Source: Promethearchaeota archaeon (lineage in GTDB: Archaea > Asgardarchaeota > Lokiarchaeia > Sigyniarchaeales > SOKP01). From it: a stretch of DNA of 30,590 nucleotides. The first letter of the stretch is position 1. Every line of letters starts with the position of its first letter. The stretch is from NCBI GenBank assembly GCA_048940925.1, contig JBHLOC010000047.1, positions 4,909-35,498 on the forward strand, read 5' to 3'. The notes under the pieces are model-generated. The model made no database searches and was not told the DNA's origin. It saw nothing but the letters and a program-made list of their open reading frames with translations. Positions 1-9,690 of this stretch are shown piece after piece. The position numbers and the translations under genes were made by a program.

Positions 1-117
1 GCTGTTAAGTCCAGAATTATTATTTCAGAAAAAGTAATAAATAAAATAATACAACAAATGAATAAGGATAATAGAATACAATTTACTCAGAGAGATGGAT
101 GGAAGATTAAAATTTAA
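1..117 (+). CDS. 3' end of a gene truncated by the window edge; hypothetical, possibly a winged-helix C-terminus
   Basis: Frame +1 is open from base 1 to TAA at 115-117: AVKSRIIISEKVINKIIQQMNKDNRIQFTQRDGWKIKI*. An amphipathic helix followed by a short hairpin ending GWKI. It ends 14 bp from the convergent radA stop. Confidence 0.6.
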   Translation, partial: AVKSRIIISEKVINKIIQQMNKDNRIQFTQRDGWKIKI

Positions 118-131
118 TATCCATAATATTA

Positions 132-1391
132 TTAATCAGATATTCCAGTTTCAGTAATACTAAAAACAGCTTCTCCCTCTGGTAAATGAGGAGCATCAAC
201 TACTTTTGCTATCCTCTGTTCACCTTTTCCTTTTCTTAAATATACCCTAATTGTTGATCCATGTGCAACAACATTTCCTCCAGCAGCTTGAAGTGGGTTA
301 CCATAAAATACATCGGGTTTAGCTTGAACTTGATTCGTGACTACAACTGATAAATCAGGATAAATATCACATAATCTTAATAAATCATGTAAATGAGCGT
401 TGATAGTTTGTTGTCTACTAGCTAAAGTGCCTCTTCCAATATATTCGCTTCTAAAATGCCCTATTAATGAATCAATGACAATTAGTTTTATATTTTTTTC
501 TTTAATGATGTTAGCAGCCTCTTTAACCAATAAAATTTGATGATCGGAATTGTATGCTCTTCCAAAAACAATATTTTTTAACACGGTTTTATAATCCAGA
601 TCGAGTCCTTCAGACATTTGGATTATTCTTTCTGGTCTAAAAGTACCTTCTGTATCAATATATAATGCTCTAGCTTCAAGTCCACCTTTTTCTCTGGATA
701 ATTGTACATTTACACATAATTGGTGCATAATTTGGGTTTTTCCGGTTCTAAATTCTCCAAAAAATTCAATTACGCTTCCTGTTTCTACACCACCTCCTAA
801 AAGATCATCCAATTCTTGGCTACTAGAAGTTATTCTCGCAATATTCTTTCTATGTTCCCATACTGCCTCAGCAGATTTAAATCCTAAACCTAATTGTTCC
901 ATTGAAGCTTTAATTAATTTTTCAGTAGTTTTATCACCAAGACCACTTTCTTCTTTAATTATGGAGGGAGGTGTATAAGCGATAGATTCAAGGCTATTGA
1001 ATCCTGCTTTAATAAGTTTATTTAATGTAGCTTCTCCTACACCTGGGAGGTTTTTTACGGCATCTAAACAATTATTTTCGTTAATTTCTTCTTCATTTTC
1101 ATTATTATCTATTCCCTGATCTATTTGAGATTTAGTTGTATCAACATATTTTGCATCTTCTAAAATGCTTTCTTCTTCTAACTCATTGAATGCTTGAATT
1201 AATTCTGTCTCTTCATCATAAACATCTTCATTCATTTCTTCTCCAGTTTCTTTCAACTGGGCATATTTAAAATGATCTTTATAAACCTTTCCTTTAGTAT
1301 GCATTCTCTTGCATTCAGGACAGTAATATGATTCTCCTATTTCAACATTACTTCCATTTTTTGCCTCCACTGCTTTAGCCAAGTTAATCAC
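132..1391 (-). CDS. radA: DNA repair/recombination protein RadA (Rad51/Dmc1 family) with an extra ~105-aa N-terminal extension
   Basis: HhH N-domain (LPGVGEAT), FxxA polymerisation motif (GFKSA), Walker [22 protein letters not shown], Walker B LIVIDS, C-terminal [12 protein letters not shown]. The real start may be TTG at 1382, 6 nt after the GTG of a GTGAT RBS-like motif. Confidence 0.96.
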   Translation of the reverse strand: MINLAKAVEAKNGSNVEIGESYYCPECKRMHTKGKVYKDHFKYAQLKETGEEMNEDVYDEETELIQAFNELEEESILEDAKYVDTTKSQIDQGIDNNENEEEINENNCLDAVKNLPGVGEATLNKLIKAGFNSLESIAYTPPSIIKEESGLGDKTTEKLIKASMEQLGLGFKSAEAVWEHRKNIARITSSSQELDDLLGGGVETGSVIEFFGEFRTGKTQIMHQLCVNVQLSREKGGLEARALYIDTEGTFRPERIIQMSEGLDLDYKTVLKNIVFGRAYNSDHQILLVKEAANIIKEKNIKLIVIDSLIGHFRSEYIGRGTLASRQQTINAHLHDLLRLCDIYPDLSVVVTNQVQAKPDVFYGNPLQAAGGNVVAHGSTIRVYLRKGKGEQRIAKVVDAPHLPEGEAVFSITETGISD

Positions 1392-1614
1392 ATAAATTAA
1401 ATTTTAGTGTATTTTTTGAAGGTATTTATTTTATGTTAAGTTGTACGGCGCTTTATTTTAAATAAAATAGAGTTAAGGTTTTCAAATTTTTTTTATAAAT
1501 ATCGTAGCTAAAAACGACATTATTAAGATAGATTTTTAGTTTAATAAAATAAAAAAACCTGAGTAGATTATATTATCCTATTATTAAAATATCAAACTAA
1601 TTTAGTGAAATTAA

Positions 1615-2850
1615 ATGGGGTCAAACTTAAATTTAGAATATTATCCTGAATTGAGTGAAAAAGTTCTCGAAGATTCAGTAAACAAAATCAAAAGTGATAA
1701 GGATAAATGGAACTCTCCTTTTTTTTTTGATACAAAATCGTATTTAGATCTCAAAAAAATTGAGGAAATTTCAAATCAATTTTTAAATGATAATTTAAAT
1801 AACATTATCGTTTTAGGAACAGGAGGTTCAATTCAAACTTTATTAGCATTAAAACATCTTTCACAACGAAAAATATTCCCAATTACCAGCTCAAGAGCCG
1901 TAGAATTGAAAGGATGCTTAGATAAAACTTCTCCTGACGATTCACTTGTTATTCCAATATCAAGAGGAGGAGAAACTATAGATGTTAATTCAACTATTGG
2001 TACATTTTTAAGTAGAGGATATAAATTTCTAGGATTATCTTCTATGGGAACTATGAATGAAATATTAAAATCGATTAATTGTCCAATTTTAGAAGTTCCT
2101 GATCTTTCTGGGCGATATGCAGGGTCTGTTACTAATGTTGGCATTGTTCCAGCGTATATTTCAGGTATTAATGTTAGAGAATTTCTATCTGGATTAGAAG
2201 AAGGTTATCAATTATTTTCAACCTATAAAAAGAATCCCGCCTTAGAGTTTTCGGCATTTTTATTTAATTTGTATGAAAAAGGATATCAAGTAATATTTTC
2301 AATGCCTTATTCTAAAAATCTTGAGGGATCAGTGGGATTATGGGTCCAAGGTATATCCGAGAGTACAGGAAAAGATGAAAAAGGTATGCTTGGAGCATAT
2401 CAATCGGCACCAATTTGTCAACATTCAGTTTTAGAATTATTGCTCGGAGGGACCAAAGGGGTTATAATTCCAATTTTATGGACTATCAATCATGATGCAT
2501 CAGATTTTTATTTAAAGTCTTCGATTAATTATGTTAATGGTAAAAGTGCTCAAACGCTTGTTAATTATCAAGCTGATGCAACTTTTCAAGCTCTACTTCA
2601 ACAAAGTGTTCCATCTGCTAAGATTTCTTTGCATGATCCTTCAGAAAGAAGTATAGGTATACTTATGGCTTTTATATTATCCTCAATATACTATTTATGC
2701 ATCCAGATTGATGTAAATTGGGCTAATAATCCTAAAGTTATAATTGGAAAAAAGATTTGTAATGAAGCACTTCGAGAAAATAAAAATTCAGAAGAGCAGG
2801 AAGAAATTCGCAAAAAAATTGCAAATAAAGTATTTAACGATTTTTTTTAA
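1615..2850 (+). CDS. Divergent glucose-6-phosphate isomerase-family (double SIS domain) protein
   Basis: LGTGGS, ISRGGET (SKSGxT-like), GRYA (GRFS-like), QGISESTGK (QLxxESxGK with catalytic Glu), QHS (catalytic His), C-terminal NPKVIIGK (QPGVExGK-like). Confidence 0.75.
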   Translation: MGSNLNLEYYPELSEKVLEDSVNKIKSDKDKWNSPFFFDTKSYLDLKKIEEISNQFLNDNLNNIIVLGTGGSIQTLLALKHLSQRKIFPITSSRAVELKGCLDKTSPDDSLVIPISRGGETIDVNSTIGTFLSRGYKFLGLSSMGTMNEILKSINCPILEVPDLSGRYAGSVTNVGIVPAYISGINVREFLSGLEEGYQLFSTYKKNPALEFSAFLFNLYEKGYQVIFSMPYSKNLEGSVGLWVQGISESTGKDEKGMLGAYQSAPICQHSVLELLLGGTKGVIIPILWTINHDASDFYLKSSINYVNGKSAQTLVNYQADATFQALLQQSVPSAKISLHDPSERSIGILMAFILSSIYYLCIQIDVNWANNPKVIIGKKICNEALRENKNSEEQEEIRKKIANKVFNDFF

Positions 2851-2876
2851 TTTATTATTTTTAATATTTATAGAAT

Positions 2877-4313
2877 TTATCCTATAAAAGCATCATATAG
2901 TACATTAATCGCTTTTCTACAGTTTGTCCTATCGATGATCGCAGTAAAATTTAATTCTGAAGATCCCTGAGCTATTGCCAAAATATTGATATCATTATCC
3001 CCTAAAGTTGTAAAAACTTTACCTGCTATTCCTGAAGTATGGAGCAATCCCGCTCCAATAACAGCTACGAGAGAAATATCATTATTAATCATAATTCGAA
3101 ACCAACTTTTTCCAAATAATTCTGAGTCCCGTAAAAGAAAGCTTACTTTCTTCGAATCTTTATAGTTTATTCCAAATGTAATATTATTTTCAGAAGAGCT
3201 CTGAGATATGAAAACTAGATCAATATTATTGTCCCCTAAGAGAGAAAAAAGTTTGGATACTGTTCCCGGAAGTGGAACCATTGTATCACCTACAATTGTT
3301 ACCATTGAGAGCTCATAGATAGAAGTGATCGCTTTAACAACCTTCTTTTCCTTTATTATTTCTTTTGTAATTGTAGTATATTCCTCTGAAAAAGGCTCAT
3401 TGAAAGATCTAACTTCAGAGGGAATGTTCCCTTTCTCATTGACATCTAGACATAAAGGATGCAGAACTTTTGTGCCAAAAAAAGCAAGTTCTTTTGCTTC
3501 AACATATGAAATTCGTTTTAATAATGAAGTTTTTTCAGAAAGACTCGGATCAGCATCCAAAAAACCTTTTACATCTTTCCAGTAAATAACTTTGCAATCA
3601 AAAAGCTTTCTTAGAGAATAAGCTATTATTGCTGCTGATAAATCGGTTCCTCCTCTTCCGAAGGTGGTAGTCTTCTTATCTTTTTTTGTTGAACCAAAAA
3701 AGCCAGTAATACAAATTATCGGATTCTCATCAGAATTCAATATTGGCTCTAACAATTCTTCAACATGGATTTCTGTGTCTTCTAAGATGGGCATTGCATT
3801 CCCAAAATTATCATCAGTAATAATTATTTCACCTGATGAAATATATTCAGATTTCACTTTTAATGAATTAAGATATTGTGTTAATATGAAAGTGCTTAAT
3901 TTTTCCCCATAAGACATAATAAGATCTTGAATATCTACACTTGGTCGAATTAATTGTATTACTTGACCCAGTTGAGTTAATTCATCGAGATTTTTTCTTA
4001 AAAAAGACATCGAATTTTCAAATTCGATAGTTCCAGGCTTAAATAATTGCTCTATGAGTCTATTGTGAATTCTTTTTATGTTATTAAGGCAGCTTTCATT
4101 CTTCACTATTTCATTGCAGGATTGTTTATAATAATTAATTAATTCATCAGTAATGCCTTTCATAGCTGAAGTAACAATAACTAATTTGGATTTCCCTAAG
4201 TAATTTTTAATAATTTGAGTAGTTTGACTAAAAGATTTACCATCTTGTAAACATGAACCACCAAACTTCATTATTATTAGTCTCTGTTTTTTCTCTGTAA
4301 TGTTGATCACCAA
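2877..4313 (-). CDS. lysC: Aspartate kinase with two C-terminal ACT domains
   Basis: MKFGGS, VTSAMKGITD, SYGEKLS, TTFGRGGTD, DVKGFLDADP, EAKELAFFGTKVLHP; ACT repeats ending SQSSSE and AQGSSE. Start codon uncertain (see ATT finding). Confidence 0.95.
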   Translation of the reverse strand: MVINITEKKQRLIIMKFGGSCLQDGKSFSQTTQIIKNYLGKSKLVIVTSAMKGITDELINYYKQSCNEIVKNESCLNNIKRIHNRLIEQLFKPGTIEFENSMSFLRKNLDELTQLGQVIQLIRPSVDIQDLIMSYGEKLSTFILTQYLNSLKVKSEYISSGEIIITDDNFGNAMPILEDTEIHVEELLEPILNSDENPIICITGFFGSTKKDKKTTTFGRGGTDLSAAIIAYSLRKLFDCKVIYWKDVKGFLDADPSLSEKTSLLKRISYVEAKELAFFGTKVLHPLCLDVNEKGNIPSEVRSFNEPFSEEYTTITKEIIKEKKVVKAITSIYELSMVTIVGDTMVPLPGTVSKLFSLLGDNNIDLVFISQSSSENNITFGINYKDSKKVSFLLRDSELFGKSWFRIMINNDISLVAVIGAGLLHTSGIAGKVFTTLGDNDINILAIAQGSSELNFTAIIDRTNCRKAINVLYDAFIG

Positions 4314-4431
4314 GATTTCTCATTATTGTATAATTTATTATACTTTTTATAGAATAAAAGAAAATATTATACTTTAATATTAATTAACAAAGAAAATCGA
4401 AGTATATTATTAAAATTTTACAAAACTTAAA

Positions 4432-5682
4432 GTGTGCATTATATTGGTAAAAAATTATAAAATACCTTGGGCTGCTTGGAGAGAGCCTGAATTCCTAGAA
4501 TTAACTTTTCCAGATTCGTGGAATACTTCATTATACAAGATGAACGGATCTAATACCCCAGAATTAAAAGCTGAAGAAATTAAAAAATCTATTTTAAATC
4601 CTATTGGTACTCCTAAGATATCAGAACTAGGGAAAGGTAAATCTAGAGTAGTAATTGTTATTGATGATATGACAAGACCAACTCCAGTTTCAAAAATAAT
4701 TCCTTATGTCCTTGAAGAATTGAACGAAGCAGGTATCTATGATTACCAGATCACAGTTATATTAGCGATTGGTGCACACAGACCCATGACACGGAATGAT
4801 TGCATTCTTAAATTAGGTAAAGACTTAGTAAGTAGATTGAATATTGAAAATCATCATCCTTATGAAAATTTAACATATATAGGTAAATCAACAAGAGGAA
4901 CACCAATTTATGTTAACAAAACATATATGGATGCAGATTTAAAAATTGCTATAGGTGGCGTAATTCCACATCCTTTAGCTGGATTTGGAGGAGGTGCTAA
5001 AATAGTACTTCCTGGAGTATGTGGGATAAAAACACTTGAAGCGAATCATTCTGCGGGTATGAAAGGAAAGGCAGGTGGAATTGGAAGGATGACAGATATA
5101 AGAAGAGATATCGAAGAAATTGCTGAAGAAGTTGGTTTAGATTTTTCAATAAATGTTATTCTTTCTGATTATGGTAAAATCTCAAAAATATTTTCAGGTC
5201 ACTTTAAAAAGGCTCATAGAAAAGCGATGGAATTTGGAAAACAATTTTATTCTACAAAAGTTGATCTTAATAATCAGATTTGCTTTTTCAATTCTTACCC
5301 TGAAGATTCTGAGTTGATTCAAGCACAATACAAACCTTTTAATTTTTTAACAACAGCACCTCGTGATATACTTGACAATGAAGGAGCAATAGTTATAATG
5401 ACCGCTTCATATGAAGGACGAGGGTATCATAGTCTTGTAGGGGAGACAGGATCAAAACTGTATAAAAATATAGGGGAGACCATATTTTGGAAAGTTTTTG
5501 TTAATAAAAAAAAAGTATATATTTTTTCTCCTAATGTTAGTGAATTTGATAAAAATCATTGCTTTCCTGAATCCGTAAAATTATTTGATAACTGGAATAA
5601 TCTTGTTCAAGAACTAGGAAAAAACTATAAAAACTCTCCGAAAGCTGCTATTATTCCCAGTAGTATTCAATTATGTGAATAG
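4432..5682 (+). CDS. LarA-family nickel-pincer-dependent 2-hydroxyacid racemase/epimerase
   Basis: NPIGTP, DDMTRPTP, IGAHRPM, TRGTPIYVN, PHPLAGFGGGAK and downstream NH, matching the LarA N-domain motifs. Start may be TTG at 4444. Confidence 0.85.
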   Translation: MCIILVKNYKIPWAAWREPEFLELTFPDSWNTSLYKMNGSNTPELKAEEIKKSILNPIGTPKISELGKGKSRVVIVIDDMTRPTPVSKIIPYVLEELNEAGIYDYQITVILAIGAHRPMTRNDCILKLGKDLVSRLNIENHHPYENLTYIGKSTRGTPIYVNKTYMDADLKIAIGGVIPHPLAGFGGGAKIVLPGVCGIKTLEANHSAGMKGKAGGIGRMTDIRRDIEEIAEEVGLDFSINVILSDYGKISKIFSGHFKKAHRKAMEFGKQFYSTKVDLNNQICFFNSYPEDSELIQAQYKPFNFLTTAPRDILDNEGAIVIMTASYEGRGYHSLVGETGSKLYKNIGETIFWKVFVNKKKVYIFSPNVSEFDKNHCFPESVKLFDNWNNLVQELGKNYKNSPKAAIIPSSIQLCE

Positions 5683-5814
5683 TTTGACTTTAATTAGTCA
5701 ACTAATTCTACCTTGAATTATTAAAGAATTAAAATCGATCTTAATTTCTAATAAGAAGAGAATTATAAAATTATATGATTCAAAAGTAAAATAAGATAAC
5801 TTTATTGACAAACA

Positions 5815-5961
5815 TTGGAACTAAGTATAATTATTCCTTGTTATAATGAAGAAGAAACAATTAAACCAATATTATACAAACTTTTTGAAACTAAATTTCC
5901 AATTGATCGAGAAATAATAGTGGTGGATGATGGTTCTAAAATAAATTATAATCAACAATAA
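5815..5961 (+). pseudogene. Truncated glycosyltransferase family 2 (DPM1-like) N-terminal remnant, 48 aa
   Basis: TTG(5815)-ELSIIIPCYNEEETIKPILYKLFETKFPIDREIIVVDDGSKINYNQQ-TAA(5959-5961). Canonical GT2 SIIIPxYNEE and EIIVVDDGS motifs, then a stop. Only ~140 bp remain before the next gene. Not in the ORF track. Confidence 0.85.
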
Positions 5962-6103
5962 TATAACTCAAAAATATAGATATTATTCTGGAAAGTCTCT
6001 AAAAAGTTTAATTAGTCAATCAATTAATTTTTTATATTACATTTCATAGTAAACTGTGAGTCTGTGATAAAAAAGATAAGACATAAATCATATTTTAATA
6101 AAA

Positions 6104-7366
6104 ATGAAAAAGGTAGAATTGCTTGCTCCTGCAAAAAATTTAAAAGCGATTAAAGCAGCCTCAAAATACGCTGATTCAGTTTATTTTGGTATAAAGAATT
6201 TTAATATGAGAATGCGATCAGAAAACATTGCTTTAGAAAATTTAGAAAACATTGTTAAATATTGTCGTAACCAAGATTTAAAGATATATTTAACAACCAA
6301 TATATTAGTTTATGATAATGAAGTTCAACACCTTCGCAAAATTATAAAAAAAGCGAAAAATGAAGGAATAGACGCAGTCATTGTCCATGATTTCGCTGCA
6401 ATTCAGATTGCAAATGAAATTAATATTCCATTTCATATTTCTACTCAATGCAATGTCTCAAATTCTTTATCTGCTAGATTCTTTGAAAATCTTGGAGCAG
6501 AACGCATCATCCTTGCAAGAGAATTATCTCTTGAAAAAATAAAAGAAATTAAAAGAAATCTAACAACCACAAAAATAGAGACATTTATTCATGGAGCTAT
6601 GTGTACTTCTATTAGTGGAAGATGTTATTTTTCTCAAGATATATGTGGCACTGAGGAAAAATCTGCAAATAGAGGAAATTGCGTACAGCCATGTAGGAGA
6701 AGATGGTGGGTTAAAGAAGAATCTGGAGCTGAATACATTTACGATGGAGTTAGATTCATGAATTCAAGAGATTTATGTACAATAGCTTATATTCCTGAAT
6801 TAATTGAAGCTAAAATAGATGCTTTCAAAATTGAAGGACGAATGCGACATCCTCATTATGTAGAAATGGTTACCAAAATTTATAGAGAAGCAATTGAAGC
6901 ATATTATGAGGGGACATTTACAAAAAAGAAAGCAAGTAGTTGGGTTTCGGAATTAAAAAAAGTTTATAATCGAGGATTCACACCAGGTTTTTATTTTAAA
7001 AGAGTTACAGAAGAAGACCATCAACATAATTCTCCTGCAAATTTATCTCATTTCAGGTATATCTATCTTGGAGATATTTTAGACTATGACAAAAAGGAAA
7101 AAATAGCAAAAGTAATGCTAACTAATGGTTATCTTATGAAAAATGATGATATTATTATCATGGGGAAAAATACAGATACTTATATTCATCAGAAAGTTCA
7201 AAAAATGAAATATAGAGGCGATATAGTTAATAAATCGCCCAGAGGGACGAAAAAAAATATGGTTTCAATTGAATTAACAGTAAATGATGTTCCTATTGGA
7301 AAAGGAGAAGATAAAATCTATATTTTTACAGATAAAACATATCCTAAAAAGAAATATTCATTGTAA
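6104..7366 (+). CDS. Peptidase U32-family [4Fe-4S] protein (TrhP/RlhA-like O2-independent hydroxylase)
   Basis: ELLAPA, HISTQ, RIILARELSL, HGAMCTSISGRC...NRGNCVQPCRR (four Fe-S Cys), FKIEGRMR, C-terminal beta-rich domain. Confidence 0.92.
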   Translation: MKKVELLAPAKNLKAIKAASKYADSVYFGIKNFNMRMRSENIALENLENIVKYCRNQDLKIYLTTNILVYDNEVQHLRKIIKKAKNEGIDAVIVHDFAAIQIANEINIPFHISTQCNVSNSLSARFFENLGAERIILARELSLEKIKEIKRNLTTTKIETFIHGAMCTSISGRCYFSQDICGTEEKSANRGNCVQPCRRRWWVKEESGAEYIYDGVRFMNSRDLCTIAYIPELIEAKIDAFKIEGRMRHPHYVEMVTKIYREAIEAYYEGTFTKKKASSWVSELKKVYNRGFTPGFYFKRVTEEDHQHNSPANLSHFRYIYLGDILDYDKKEKIAKVMLTNGYLMKNDDIIIMGKNTDTYIHQKVQKMKYRGDIVNKSPRGTKKNMVSIELTVNDVPIGKGEDKIYIFTDKTYPKKKYSL

Positions 7367-7451
7367 TTAAACTTTAATTTTATTTTTTCATAAATATCAT
7401 ATTAATTTTATTTTTTAATAAAATTTATACTATTTTTATGAGGTTATAAGC

Positions 7452-8369
7452 ATGGAAAGAAAAAAATCGAAGATTGTAGAATCGGTTCCTAATTATAGTG
7501 AAGGGATAGATGGAGAAAAGATTGATTTAATTGTTTCAAAAATTAAAAGCACGCCTAACACCCGTATTGTTGATGTTCAATATGATTCTGATTACAATAG
7601 AGCAGTTATAACTTTTGTTGGAAAACCTGAAGCTGTTTTAGAAGCAAATATTATCGCTGCGAAAAAAGCTATTGAATTGATTGATATGAATAACCATAAG
7701 GGACAGCATCCAAGGATTGGAGCTGTTGATGTTGTTCCATTTGTACCTGCTCAAAATGTGACTATGGAGGAATGTATTGAATTATCGATAAAATTTGCAG
7801 AAACTATGGCAAAAGAAGGTATTCCTGTATACTTATATGAAGAATCTGCTAGAAAAATGGAAAGAAAAAATATTGATAATATTCGTATTGGGGAATATGA
7901 AGGATTAAAAGAGACAATCAAAACAGATCCTGATCGTAAACCTGATTATGGCCCATCTGAGCTTCATCCAACGGCAGGAGCTATTATAACTGGTGCTAGG
8001 AATCCTTTAATTAGTTTCAATATTAATCTAGGGACTAAAGACCTTAAAATTGCTAAAAACGTAGCAAAAGCAATACATTTACGTTCAGGAGGTTTAGTAA
8101 ATATTAAAGCAATGGGAACAGAATTGACAAAGCGAGATTATGTGCAAGTAGGGATATCTAATATAAATTTTAGGAAGACGCCTCTTTATCGACAGATGGA
8201 ATTAGTGAGAATCGAAGCTGCCCGTTATGGAGTTGCTATTATAGGAACCGAATTGATAGGGGTTTTACCATTAGATGCTGTATTAAACTCATTAGAATAT
8301 TATTTACAACTTGAAAAGCCAGCAAAACTTGAAGAAAAGCACTTGTTAGAACATTATTTTGATTTTTAA
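7452..8369 (+). CDS. ftcD: Glutamate formiminotransferase (stand-alone FT domain)
   Basis: VESVPNYSEG, YNRAVITFVG, IDMNNHKGQHPRIGAVDVVPFVP, HPTAGA, GAR...FNINL. At 305 aa it has no cyclodeaminase domain. Adjacent to hutUHI. Confidence 0.94.
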   Translation: MERKKSKIVESVPNYSEGIDGEKIDLIVSKIKSTPNTRIVDVQYDSDYNRAVITFVGKPEAVLEANIIAAKKAIELIDMNNHKGQHPRIGAVDVVPFVPAQNVTMEECIELSIKFAETMAKEGIPVYLYEESARKMERKNIDNIRIGEYEGLKETIKTDPDRKPDYGPSELHPTAGAIITGARNPLISFNINLGTKDLKIAKNVAKAIHLRSGGLVNIKAMGTELTKRDYVQVGISNINFRKTPLYRQMELVRIEAARYGVAIIGTELIGVLPLDAVLNSLEYYLQLEKPAKLEEKHLLEHYFDF

Positions 8370-8381
8370 CAATTATAATAA

Positions 8382-9689
8382 TTATTTATTATCAACTACT
8401 ATTTTTCCATTCTTGATAACTTTAGAAACTAAATTAACACCAAAGTGATAAGGTATGAAATGATAATTGGGGACTTCAAATATTATTAAATCTGCTTTTT
8501 TTCCTATTTCTAAACTTCCAATTACATCTTGTCTTTGAAGAGCACATGCACTATTTATAGTAACTGCTGATAATGCTTCAGCAGGAGTTAGTTTCATATT
8601 GTAACAGGCTAAAGTCATAATTATTTGCAATGATTCTGTCCAGCAATTGGGATTAAGATCTGTAGCTAATGCTATTGGGATTCCCATTTGAATCATCTTT
8701 CTAGCAGGAGCATATTCATTCGACATCAGGCAGAAAGGAGTACCAGGTAAGAGAGTTGCAATGATTCCCGCATCTGCCATCGCCTTTAATCCTTCATCAT
8801 TAGATTTGAGTAAATGTCCTGTTTGAATTGCGTTTAATTCAGCAGCTAATAAAGCTCCGTTTGTATCAACAATTTCATCAATATGAATTTGAGGTTTTAA
8901 TCCATATCTTTTCGCTCTATTAATTATTTTTCTGGTTTGTTTTATCGAAAATATTCCTTTCTCACAAAATACATCACAAAATTCTGCAAGCTCTTCCTTT
9001 ACAACTGTGGGAATCATTTCTGAAATAATTAATTTAATATAATCATCGGGATTATCTTCATATTCGGGAGGTATAGCATGAGCACCCAAAAATGTTGGGA
9101 CAATATCTATTGGATGTTCTTCATTTAATACTTTAGCAGCTCTTAAAATTTTTAATTCAGTTTCAGTAGTTAAACCATAACCAGACTTTATTTCTGCTGT
9201 AGTTGTACCATAAGACATCATTCTATCCAAAATTTTTTTCCCATTTTCTATTAAATCAGCTAACGTAGCGGTCCTAGTTTCTCTCACTGTTTTTAGAATT
9301 CCACCTCCTTCATTTAAAATCTCTAGATATGTCTTTCCATTAATTTTTAAAGATAATTCTTTTTCTCTAGTACCACTAAAAATAGCATGTGTATGTGGAT
9401 CCACAAAACCAGGAGTTACTAATCGATTTTCTGCATTTATTTTTGTAGGAATTTTTCTAAAATCAAATTTTGAGATTAAATCATCAGTTGTCCCTACAAA
9501 TATAATTGTATTATCTTTAACTGCAACTGCTCCATCATTTATAATTGCCAAATCTGACATTTCTTCACCTATCCTTGGGGCGCCAAATGTTGTATTCATT
9601 GTAACAAGTTGATTAGCATGAAAAATAACGAGATCAGGTTCCACATCAGTAAATATTTCCTTTTTCGAATATGTTGAAGCTACAAACAT
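8382..9689 (-). CDS. hutI: Imidazolonepropionase
   Basis: TPGFVDPHTH, GGGILKTVRETR, EIKSGYGL, FLGAHA, DVFCE, ALATDLNP. Starts 1 bp after the hutH stop. Confidence 0.96.
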   Translation of the reverse strand: MFVASTYSKKEIFTDVEPDLVIFHANQLVTMNTTFGAPRIGEEMSDLAIINDGAVAVKDNTIIFVGTTDDLISKFDFRKIPTKINAENRLVTPGFVDPHTHAIFSGTREKELSLKINGKTYLEILNEGGGILKTVRETRTATLADLIENGKKILDRMMSYGTTTAEIKSGYGLTTETELKILRAAKVLNEEHPIDIVPTFLGAHAIPPEYEDNPDDYIKLIISEMIPTVVKEELAEFCDVFCEKGIFSIKQTRKIINRAKRYGLKPQIHIDEIVDTNGALLAAELNAIQTGHLLKSNDEGLKAMADAGIIATLLPGTPFCLMSNEYAPARKMIQMGIPIALATDLNPNCWTESLQIIMTLACYNMKLTPAEALSAVTINSACALQRQDVIGSLEIGKKADLIIFEVPNYHFIPYHFGVNLVSKVIKNGKIVVDNK

Positions 9690-9690
9690 A

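Noticed and set aside
1-117. ESCRT-II-like winged-helix assignment for the edge fragment
   Set aside because: 38 residues are too few to assign a family.
5806-5961. Stop-codon readthrough or frameshift rescue of the GT2 stub
   Set aside because: The upstream in-frame TGA precedes the natural N-terminus, and too little sequence follows the TAA to encode the rest of a GT2.
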